A DNA stretch of 64,000 nucleotides from Spizellomyces punctatus DAOM BR117 (lineage: Eukaryota). The position numbers and the translations under genes are program-made. Shown here piece by piece: positions 40,201 to 49,311 of this stretch. Under the pieces are notes generated by a model, which had not been told where the DNA came from, made no database searches, and saw only the letters and a list, made by a program, of their open reading frames with translations. The stretch lies in NCBI GenBank assembly GCA_000182565.2, contig KQ257457.1; one strand, written 5' to 3'. Numbering within the stretch: position 1 is the first letter of the stretch; the number at the start of each line of letters is the position of its first letter.

Positions 40201-43200
40201 AAGATAGAGGTTCTGCCTCTACTGGGGAAGATATCAAGAACCACCACCCTGACACCCACCACCTGGTACACTCTCCTGTTATTCAACCCTTGGACCTATT
40301 GGACCCACCTGAAACCACCCCTGAGACTTTAACTATCCATGGACTTTACCTGGAACCCCAGAGAACCCCAGCATCCCAGAGAACCCCAGAAACCCAGAGA
40401 ATCCCAGAATCCCAGAGAACCCCAGAAACCCAGAAAATCCCAGGACCCCTGAGAACCCCAGAATCCCAGAGAACCCCAGAAACCCAGAGAACCCCAGAAC
40501 CCCAGAGAACCCCAGAAACCCAGAGAACCCCAGAACCCCAGAGAACCCTAGAACCCCAGAAAACCCAGGAACCCCAGAGAACCCCAGAACCCCAGACCAC
40601 CCAGGCCACCTACCAAGAAAGCAAGATCCATGTAGTAGAGGTGGCTCCATACTCTTTAAGTACCCCCAAAGGGCCAAGGATTCCCCAGAGTCACTTGCTG
40701 ACTGTGCAAGGTAGAATCCAAGGAATCCCAGTAACCATTCTCCTGGATAATGGGGCAAACCAACTCTATGTGTCACAGTCCTTTGTCAAGAAGGCACAAC
40801 TGGTGACTCATTCTCTCCCTGGAGCAGAAATCTCTATGGCTGATGACAGAAAGCACCAAGAAATAGGCTTTGTCAAAGGTCTTCAGTACTCAGTAGGAAC
40901 CTACACAGAACAGTCAGACTTTATAGTAGCCCCAATCAAGTTTGACTTGATCTTGGGTATACCTTGGTTTGCCTGGAGGAATCCCAGTATCAACTACAAC
41001 AAGAACACTGTGACCTTCACCACTTCCCAGTACCCCAGAGTCAGATGGTTTGTTAAGCAGGCCAGCTCTTCCAACAAATCCCAGAAGTCCAATCTTATCA
41101 CCATGGTATCAGCAAAGATGTTGGCCAGAACACTGAAGAAGAGGACAGCAACAGCTTTTGCTGTGTATCTCAAGAACCCTCAAGATACCAGCACCCCTCC
41201 AGACACCATGGATTCCAAAGTCACCAAGCTTCTTGAAAACTATCAAGATGTCTTTGCTGAAGAGCTTCCCCCAGGACTTCCCCCTGAGAGATCAGTAGAT
41301 CACAGAATTGAACTCAGTGACCCCAACCAGACCCCCTGGAGACCAACCTACCACCTCTCTTCTTTGGAGTTGGAAGAACTGAGGAAGCAGCTTTCAGAGC
41401 TTCTGGAGGCAGGCCACATCAGACCATCGAAGAGCCCATTTGGAGCACCTATCCTCTTTGTTAAGAAGAAAGAAGGTTCTTTGAGGATGTGTGTGGACTA
41501 CAGGGCTCTGAATAAAATCACCATCAAGAACAGATATCCCCTCCCTAGGATTGATGAGCTGATGGATAGGCTGAATGGAGCCCAGGTGTTTACCAAGCTA
41601 GATCTGAAGTCAGGCTATTACCAGATCAGAGTCCACCCAGAAGACATCCCCAAGACAGCCTTCAGAACCAGATATGGTCACTTTGAGTTCCTGGTCATGT
41701 CCTTTGGAATGACCAATGCCCCAGCCACTTTCATGACTTTGATGAATGATGTCCTTAGACCCTTCTTGGACATCTTTGTTATTGTCTACCTAGATGACAT
41801 CCTCATCTACTCCAAGACCCCAGAAGATCACCTGGACCACCTCAAGCAGGTTCTGCAAGCCCTCAGGCAGAACAAGCTGTATGCCAACCCCAGCAAGTGC
41901 CAGTTCTTCAAGCAAGAAGTAGAGTTTCTTGGCTATGTAGTCTCACATGAAGGAGTCAAGCTTGATCCCAAGAAAGTGCAGACTGTTCAAGAATGGCCCA
42001 CCCCTCAGAGTGTCACTGAAGTCAGACAGTTCATGGGCCTGGTGAACTACTTCCATAGCTTTCTGAAGGACCTGGCAGAGCAAGCTGCACCATTGACAGA
42101 CCTGTTGAGAAATGACAAGCCTTGGACCTGGTCTGAACCTCAGGAGAAAGCTTTTCAGCAGCTGAAGGATATGGTCACCAAAGCCCCTGTACTCAGACCC
42201 TTTGACCCAGCCTTGCCTACCACTGTCTTCCCTGATGCCTCAGGCTATGCAGTTGGTGCATGGCTTGGACAGGATGATGGGAAAGGCATGAGACCAGTTG
42301 CCTACCACTCCAGGAAGATGGCCCCAGCAGAGACCAGATATGACACCAGAGAACAAGAGCTGTTAGCCATCCATGATGCCCTCAGAGTTTGGAGGCCCTA
42401 CCTGCAAGGAACCCCCTTCAAAGTTATCTCAGACCACCAGTCCCTCAAGTGGCTACAGAACCAGCCCTTCTTGACCAGAAGACAAGCCAGATGGGTCATG
42501 AATTTCCAATCTTTTGACTTTGAGATTGGCTATGGCCCAGGAAGACTCCACACAGTGGCAGACATCCTGTCTAGAAGACCAGACCTGGCCCCAAGATGCA
42601 TCAAGTGCAAGGCCTTGGTGACAGCAGAGTTGAATGCTGTGACCCACACCACCAGCACCCTTCAAGAGAGATTGAAGACCAGTACCACAGAAGACCCAGA
42701 ACTTCAAGAGCTCATCCAAGCTTTGGATGACCCCAGGAGACCAGAAGACCAGCAACAAAGGCTCAAGTACCTCAGCCATCAAGATGGGTTACTCTATTTC
42801 CAGGACAGGATCTTTGTTCCTAGTGACCCAGACCTAAGGTTGAGCCTACTCCAAGAAACCCATGACACTCAGTATGCTGGACACTTTGGCATCACCAAGA
42901 CCCATGATGCCCTAGCAAGGCATTACTACTGGCCAAGGATGTACAAGGACATTAAGAAGTATGTCAAGTCTTGTGATTCCTGCCAGAGAAGCAAACCTAG
43001 TCAGCAACCACCAGCAGGCTTGCTGCAGCCCCTCCCAGTACCCAAGACCAGATGGAGCCAGATCTCCATTGACCTGATCCCTGACCTACCCATGACTTCC
43101 TCTGGTCACAATGCCATCTTTGTCATTGTTGACAGATTGTCAAAGAGAGGCCACTTCATCCCTACCACCACCAAAGCCTCAGCCAAGGACCTGGCCCTGC

Positions 43201-44132
43201 TCTTCTTGAAGCACATCTTCAAGCACCATGGCCTCCCAGAAGTGATTGTATCAGACAGAGACACCAAGTTCACCAGTTCATTCTGGTCCAACTTGATGCA
43301 ACTCTTAGGCTGCAACACCCTCCTAGCCACTGCAAGACACCAGCAGACCAATGGACAGGCAGAGAGAACCATCAAGACTTTGAAGATCTACCTGAGAGCT
43401 TTCCTGGAGTACAACATGAAGAATTGGGAAGATCTTCTCCCCTTTGCTGAGTTTGCCTACAACAACAGCATCTCAGAAACCACAGGCTTCACCCCATTCT
43501 ACTTGGAGAATGGCCAGCATCCCAGGACCCCAGCAACACCACCAGGAGAAAGCAATGATCCTGAAGCAACAGACTTCCACCAGTATATTCAGCAACTGCT
43601 TCAAGTAGCCAAGGATAACATGATACTGGCCCAAGAAAGACAAGTTCAGCAAGCCAACAAGTCTCTCAGCAAGGCCCCAAGCTACCCCCTAGGCTCCAAA
43701 GTTTGGCTGTCTAGAGAAGGTATCACCCCAGAAGAAGAAGCCCAGAGGCCAGCCCAGAAACTTCTTCACCCCTGGCTTGGACCTTACAGAATCAAGGCCA
43801 AGGATGAATTTCAGAATTACACCCTGGAGCTCCCCAGCACCATGAAGATTCATCCAGTGTTCCATGTGAGACTCCTCAAGCCTTACCTGGACCCCACAGA
43901 GGACTTCCCTACCAGACCAGTACCCCCTGAGCCTGAGCCAATTATCCAGCAAGGAGAAGAGTTTTGGGAAGTTGAGAAGATTCTGGACCACAAGATCAGA
44001 AGGAAGAAGAATCTCTACCTCATCAAGTGGAAAGGATATCCCTCCTCTCAGAACACCTGGGAACCAGAAGAAAACCTCCTACCCCATGGCAGAGAAATCT
44101 TGAAGGAGTTCCTAGCCCAGAAGGGAGCTTAA
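40122..44132 (+). CDS. pol: Pol of element B (PR-RT-RNaseH-IN-chromodomain), -1 frame relative to gag
   Basis: [39 protein letters not shown]...[19 protein letters not shown]...YLIKWKGY...NTWEPEENL; no stops. Confidence 0.97.
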   Translation: MQKTRPYCPPMPLEDQAAGKWQADSVEDRGSASTGEDIKNHHPDTHHLVHSPVIQPLDLLDPPETTPETLTIHGLYLEPQRTPASQRTPETQRIPESQRTPETQKIPGPLRTPESQRTPETQRTPEPQRTPETQRTPEPQRTLEPQKTQEPQRTPEPQTTQATYQESKIHVVEVAPYSLSTPKGPRIPQSHLLTVQGRIQGIPVTILLDNGANQLYVSQSFVKKAQLVTHSLPGAEISMADDRKHQEIGFVKGLQYSVGTYTEQSDFIVAPIKFDLILGIPWFAWRNPSINYNKNTVTFTTSQYPRVRWFVKQASSSNKSQKSNLITMVSAKMLARTLKKRTATAFAVYLKNPQDTSTPPDTMDSKVTKLLENYQDVFAEELPPGLPPERSVDHRIELSDPNQTPWRPTYHLSSLELEELRKQLSELLEAGHIRPSKSPFGAPILFVKKKEGSLRMCVDYRALNKITIKNRYPLPRIDELMDRLNGAQVFTKLDLKSGYYQIRVHPEDIPKTAFRTRYGHFEFLVMSFGMTNAPATFMTLMNDVLRPFLDIFVIVYLDDILIYSKTPEDHLDHLKQVLQALRQNKLYANPSKCQFFKQEVEFLGYVVSHEGVKLDPKKVQTVQEWPTPQSVTEVRQFMGLVNYFHSFLKDLAEQAAPLTDLLRNDKPWTWSEPQEKAFQQLKDMVTKAPVLRPFDPALPTTVFPDASGYAVGAWLGQDDGKGMRPVAYHSRKMAPAETRYDTREQELLAIHDALRVWRPYLQGTPFKVISDHQSLKWLQNQPFLTRRQARWVMNFQSFDFEIGYGPGRLHTVADILSRRPDLAPRCIKCKALVTAELNAVTHTTSTLQERLKTSTTEDPELQELIQALDDPRRPEDQQQRLKYLSHQDGLLYFQDRIFVPSDPDLRLSLLQETHDTQYAGHFGITKTHDALARHYYWPRMYKDIKKYVKSCDSCQRSKPSQQPPAGLLQPLPVPKTRWSQISIDLIPDLPMTSSGHNAIFVIVDRLSKRGHFIPTTTKASAKDLALLFLKHIFKHHGLPEVIVSDRDTKFTSSFWSNLMQLLGCNTLLATARHQQTNGQAERTIKTLKIYLRAFLEYNMKNWEDLLPFAEFAYNNSISETTGFTPFYLENGQHPRTPATPPGESNDPEATDFHQYIQQLLQVAKDNMILAQERQVQQANKSLSKAPSYPLGSKVWLSREGITPEEEAQRPAQKLLHPWLGPYRIKAKDEFQNYTLELPSTMKIHPVFHVRLLKPYLDPTEDFPTRPVPPEPEPIIQQGEEFWEVEKILDHKIRRKKNLYLIKWKGYPSSQNTWEPEENLLPHGREILKEFLAQKGA
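40351..40600 (+). repeat. 18-bp coding minisatellite (TP[E/A][T/P/S]QR)n at N-terminus of Pol B
   Basis: accccagaaacccagaga-like unit repeated ~13 times. Confidence 0.9.
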
Positions 44133-44148
44133 TCTTAAAGTGGGGGAG

Positions 44149-44702
44149 TGTGACAGAATTCTTCTGTCAGTGCTATGGTTATACTGGTTAGATGTGGTTC
44201 CAAACTAGTGGTCACATGACTTTGCTGATGGTGTCAGCATTCATTTGACCAGAATTAGATAAATAAGCAGATTTAGCCATTTCTGGCTAAATTAGATGAG
44301 TATCCTGACACACTAGCATCTGCCCCTTTTAATCAAGTGGCACAGTGTATTTAGGATGACTTCTCTCACTTGTGATTGGCCATAAATGGTGCAATAGGCT
44401 GACAAATAGTTTAGGATGACATGTACAAGATCTGATTGGTTGCAAATGGTGCAATAGGCTGACAAATAGTTTAGGATGACATGTATGAGTTCTGATTGGT
44501 TGCAAATGGTGCAATAGGCTGACAAATAGTTTAGGATGACATGTATGAGTTCTGATTGGGTAGTTAGGATATAGCATTTGTCAGCCCCTTTTGTCTATAA
44601 AAAGAGGACCTCTCTGAGGCCCCTCAAAGGAAAAAAATAACAAGTAGTAACCAAGTCTTCCCTAGTTTTCTGTTGTCTTCTTGTCCCTGCTAGCCTGTTA
44701 CA
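44149..44702 (+). repeat. 3' LTR of element B
   Basis: TGTGACAGAATT...CCTGTTACA, same length and sequence as the 5' LTR. Confidence 0.96.
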
Positions 44703-44706
44703 ACAT

Positions 44707-45972
44707 TGGTCAGGATACCCACCCCATGAGGATACCTGGGAACCAGAGGAAGCCCTAACAGAGGCTTCCGAAGCCTTAGAAGAGTACTGGAGATCCAGAG
44801 CCCCCACTAGCGCACTAGTAGAGGACTCTTTGGTAGTCAGCCTTGCAGGCAACGCCCCGGAAGATACGGCTTACGCTTCCGACCACCAATGCTTCGCGGT
44901 TTATCCGGATGATAGCTCACGTGATAATCACGCCCTCTCTCCAGAAAGAAAACCAGTTTCGCGTGGCTTACCTCACCAGTCGAGAACGCCACACCAAGCC
45001 TCCCGATCATGCTTACGCGCGTCCGAGCTGTCAAAATCAGCCGGCGACGACCTTAAAAGGGCGCCCCTGCTCGCCCCCCCTCTTTTTTCTTCTTCAACTA
45101 CCAACGAACTACTTCCCTTACACACTCACTCTGCTTCGCAAACCCTTTCTATCGACACCGAAACAAAAGCTTTCATTTCCAACACCATGACCACCGATAT
45201 CCGAGGACAACAAGGAGTCAGCATCCTCTCTACCCTTGAGGAAGGCTATCCCTGGTCAGAAGTAAGCGACGCCTTCACTGCCGAGAACTCTATCAAGCGG
45301 CTCGGAGCAGCCATGGCCACCTGGGTCGAAGTTTGGATTCGTGAGTTGTACGAAGACCCAAACAAAACCCTTGAACACTATCGTGGTGAAGATTGGGTGG
45401 TTGACAGGGCTTCAAAGCCTTACGCCACGAGCCAGCCCCTCATGATGCATATCGCGGAGCCCTACAGTAGGGCTTCCGACAGCGGTCAAGCTGCTGTCGG
45501 TATCGTCGCCAATGCAAAAAAGATAGGCAAGAGATTACGGGACGTACCCTGCGCTGCCTGGCTTGATGCTGGGGTCCCTCAACATGCGGCCGGAAACCCC
45601 AAAACGGCCTGCTTCACCCTCTGGCCCGATCACGAGGCCCACGATTTCGCGGACATAGCCATCGAAGCCGCGAGAGCAGTGTTGTTAAAGCTAGCCAATG
45701 CAGCTGAAACCACAGAAGAGCAGCTCCGTCCCAAACATCGGGAGCACGCCTATTACCACTTTCGAGTGGTTAACTTGAAAAGGGCCGCAGAGACGTTCAC
45801 AGCCCTCTACGTAACCCGAGCCAACGGTTCCAGGACACCTGGAACCCCGGCTCCGGAAGCCACTGACCAAATTTGGTTCTGCGCGAACGTCATGGGGCGC
45901 GCTACCATAATCTGGACGATCAACGAAGACAGCCTTGAAGCTGACGACGACTATCCAGTTGCGTCATGGTAG
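44707..45972 (+). pseudogene. 3' remainder of element A pol: second half of chromodomain plus long unknown extension or extra ORF
   Basis: Rejoining across the TSD gives FRIH/WSGYPPHEDTWEPEEAL. The frame stays open to 45972, with an internal ACCATG at 45187. Confidence 0.85.
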
Positions 45973-46029
45973 AAGCGAGGTTCAGGCACTCACAGACGAG
46001 TCGCCGAACCTTCTTTTTCGAAGGGGGGA

Positions 46030-46601
46030 TGTAGCGAATGACTCTGATAAACCGGTTCGCTCAAAGGCATCAGGTGACCACGATTGAGGTTTCTGCAATT
46101 GTAACCTAAGCTTCGAAACCCCTAAGATCAAACTCGGTTCTGGGCTACACCAGCGCAGCGTGAAGGATACGTTACGCAGCCATGATCGATCATGGCGATG
46201 GTCCGAGATGGGAAGATCAGACGCCGCCACCCTAATGAAGGCTACGGAAACTAGTGTAGACGTTACCATAGCATATTCTTGTATAAAAAGAGGAATTCAA
46301 TAAAATAAGTTGGCAGCCAGAAGCCGTAGTGACAAAAAATCCCCACAACTAGCTTCTCAACCCCAATCCTAGGTTAACAGGAACCTAACAGAGCGCTTCA
46401 ACGGCCTGATCACCCGCACTGAAGCCTCTAAATCCTGCTCGGTTCACAACTAACTGACTCTCCTTGCCTCTTGCCCTCAAGTCACTACCGATGCCCAAAG
46501 AAAGGATTTGGAGACTACGATTCCTAGTACGGACACCCACACAACCTGCTAGGAGACCCAAGTTGTCTTTACCATAGTCTACCAACAAAAAATCCGTTAC
46601 A
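46030..46601 (+). repeat. 3' LTR of element A
   Basis: TGTAGCGAAT...CCGTTACA, 572 bp, ~25 transitions versus the 5' LTR. Confidence 0.96.
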
Positions 46602-46605
46602 CTCC

Positions 46606-47115
46606 CATCCTGCTCATACTCGATGGAAATGGCACTCTTTCATCAATCGGCAGCAAAGCGAATCAGACCTCATAAGTAACATGCACAACAAGTATGGTGA
46701 AAACTTTACTGTTGTGATGGGTGATTGGAGTGACGCTGGTCGAACTGCGAGATTTCAGACCTCATCAAAGACAATAGGCTGGTGCACTGTCTTCAAGCAG
46801 AACAGGATCAACTGCTTCCTTCTCGACGAGTACAAGACCTCATCTGTCTGCCCTCACTGTTCATCCGATGACTTCCTTGAAAAAAGCTTCAAAACACGAC
46901 CTCATTCAAGACCTTGGCGACGACGAGAAGGCAAGATTGAAAAAGTCCATGGATTGCTGGGTTGTACCAACCCTAACTGTCAGCAAGCCTGGACGATGCG
47001 CTACTGGAATCGAGATACGCTGAGCACCTGCAATATGCTGATAATCGTGCAATCAATGTTGGATGGACACAGTAGACCAGAAGTGTTCAGCAGGAGTGTT
47101 CCAGCCGTAGCTTAG
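46606..47115 (+). pseudogene. Fanzor1, 3' part (RuvC-II, Zn finger, RuvC-III)
   Basis: Continues in frame as HPAHTRWKWHSFINRQ; VVMGDWS, LLDEYKTS (Glu 46828-46830), CPHC...CTNPNC, WNRD (Asp 47014-47016), stop 47113-47115. Confidence 0.95.
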
Positions 47116-47129
47116 ATTGGTTAGATTAG

Positions 47130-47218
47130 GTTTTCCGAGCCGGTTGTCGCCGGTTCAATCCCTGGTGCGGGTGCTAGTGCCAATACCCACCGGCTCCGCA
47201 CTACCTTTCCTGGACTTG
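47130..47218 (+). ncRNA. Fanzor omegaRNA (scaffold ~47130-47203 plus ~15-nt flanking guide)
   Basis: Lies between the Fanzor stop and the right end. GAGCCGGT (47137-47144) can pair with ACCGGCTC (47189-47196), GTGCGG (47165-47170) with CCGCAC (47196-47201), and GGGTG with TACCC. Position matches known TnpB/Fanzor omegaRNAs; ends are inferred. Confidence 0.85.
47174..47201 (-). repeat. Right TIR of Fanzor element
   Basis: CTAGTGCCAATACCCACCGGCTCCGCAC followed by TA. Confidence 0.97.
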
Positions 47219-49311
47219 AATATAAGATGGGGTCGCTCTGAATCCTATTCGCATATCTATCTAGCTTCAACACACGCTAGTGGTAGTGGTCTATTCTCCT
47301 CGTCTTGCATCTGAAGAACATCATGAGCGACGGAATTTCGGTTAGCTTTGAAATCCTACATTACTTTACTAAACCTGTATGAACTCCATGACGACAGGTT
47401 TCTACTCCTATTTTGGCTATTGTTAACGATAATATCGAACAGTTTCCTTACAGAAATTTTTATTAATGGAGAGTTTGTTCCATTGTTGTCTGGCAAGACA
47501 TTTCCAACCATCGATCCGACGTGAGTCCTTGCCAACGGCCGCCAGCTTTGTATGCCCAGTCATATGTGAGCAGCTACACAAGACTGGAGCCTTTGTGAGT
47601 TGTTGGACAGATGTACGCTGGGATTATCCGCCATCATTCTGCTATCTTACTTTCCATACCAGGTCGTCCCATGGAACTTCCCTTTGATGATGCTGAGATG
47701 GAAGTTGGGCCCTGCATTGGCACAGGCAATACAATTGTTTTAAAGGCATATATGTTACAGATAATTACATATCCCAAAATTCCTTCGGAAGAAACTGGCA
47801 GACATCAAAAAAAAATCCTCTCTTTCCGCGCTCAAAGTCGGCCAATTGACTGCTGAAGCAGAATTCCCACCAGGCGTTATTAATGTACTCTCTGGTTTCG
47901 GGTCCACGGCTGGGTATGCCATTACTCAACATCCTGGTATCAGCAAAGCTCCTTTCACTGGCTCCACAGCTCCACCAGCGGCTGGTTGAAAGGTGCTGAT
48001 GGTAGCCGCCGCGATCAACTCAAGAAGATAGGCTTGAAGCTCGGGGACAGATGCCCCAATATTGTTTTTCGACGATGCAACTTGGAAGAACCGTGCATGC
48101 TGTCTCTACCGCTGACTTTCAAATCATGGACAGGTGTGCTATTCGGGCACTCGCTTGTACATCCAGAATGGACATCTATGAAAGATTTGTCGAGCAATTC
48201 AAATAAAAGATAGCATTATAGCAGATCATATGAGTCAAGAGTTTTGTAGTCTCAACTTCGACTCATATCAGATGGAAATAATAAACCTGGGAAATTGTTT
48301 CCACCCAGAAAACGAACCGTGGATCCGTGGTAGACGCTCTCTAGTATAATCGTGTGCATCGATTTGGGAAAAGAAGTCGCCAAGTGTGGGTATGGAGGGC
48401 ATACTGTTGGCAAACAAGGCTACTTCATCATCTCATATTATCACAGGCGTTAAATATCATATGATTGTCGCCAGAAAGGAGGGTTTTGGCCCTATCGTCG
48501 CTGCCATTCGCTTCAGACCGAGGAAGAGGTCATGCATGAAGCAAATGAAACGAATTACAGGTTGGCAGCTGCAGTCCATTCCCGAGATTTGGTAGGGTAT
48601 TCGGGTGATGGAAATTGTGAAAGAAGGAATAGTGTGGGGTTAATTGTATAGGAAGTATGCAGATGCTCGACGTACCCAATGTTTCCAGTTACGTAGAGGT
48701 AAGTCTTACCTGGGTTTTCTTCGCATAGTTTTTCTATCCCAGCTACTATTGGCAAATTACAAAAACTCGGATGTCGGACGCAAACTGGATGAACAGGTTC
48801 TTCGCGAGTACAGCTTGAATGTACTCCTACGGATTCACACCACTGTTGGCATGTCTAGGTGTAATAAGTCTGTCCTTTTGCTGACCGAGGTGAAATCGGT
48901 CGTCATAAAAGTGAACACTTTGGACCTGGCAACAACCATGCTAGCATTGACAGAAAATGCGGCACTTCACTCCCCTGTCGTTGTCACTTCTTGGCAGAAC
49001 AGTCCGGCGCTTGAATGTGATTATAGTAATGAGAGGTACTGCAATGGACGAATTGAATACGCAGCTCATATGCACACGGATAAGAAGAAAGGGTTATAAA
49101 AGTTGTGAACAGATGCTATGGGTTGGTAAGTTAATGCCAAAGGACGCAGAAACCCCAGCAGAAACCCCAGCAGCGTACCTGCCTTTCCGATCGCTGATGT
49201 AAGCAAGTACCACTGAACTATTGGCTGAACCGCTGTGCGGATGACACGAACGTTTGCATTACGGGCATTGACTGCTAATACCTCATTTTTAACACTTTTT
49301 CAGCCAACGTA

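Larger units (their letters stand above)
38088..44702 (+). mobile_element. Ty3/Gypsy chromovirus LTR retrotransposon B (intact, 6615 bp)
   Basis: 554-bp TG...CA LTRs, TSD ACATT (38083-38087/44703-44707), PBS TGGTAGCACC at 38642, PPT AAAGTGGGGGAG just before 44149, open gag and pol. Confidence 0.97.
31147..46601 (+). mobile_element. Ty3/Gypsy chromovirus-like LTR retrotransposon A (decayed; ~8.8 kb without its nested insert)
   Basis: TG...CA LTRs of 572 bp at both ends, TSD CTCC (31143-31146/46602-46605), PBS TGGTGGAGA at 31719, PPT AAGGGGGGA at 46021-46029, domain order PR-RT-RH-IN-chromo. Confidence 0.95.
29441..47201 (+). mobile_element. Non-autonomous TIR DNA transposon carrying Fanzor (about 2.3 kb once nested retroelements are removed)
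   Basis: Perfect 28-bp TIRs at 29441-29468 and 47174-47201, flanked by TA on both sides (29439-29440, 47202-47203). No transposase ORF inside. Confidence 0.95.

Noticed and set aside
40333-40776. Minus-strand repetitive ORFs (GFSGVL)n
   Set aside because: Antisense shadow of the Pol minisatellite.
29779-47115. Fanzor ORF fragments as the element's transposase
   Set aside because: Motifs are RuvC/Zn-finger of TnpB type, not a DDE/D Tc1-mariner domain; mobilisation must be in trans.
47101-47175. Functional tRNA gene
   Set aside because: A- and B-box-like motifs are present, but acceptor and anticodon stems do not pair; kept only as a promoter-like finding.
47300-49250. Short ORFs right of the Fanzor element
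   Set aside because: Fragmentary, on both strands, with no motif I can recognise; possibly a decayed gene but unsupported.
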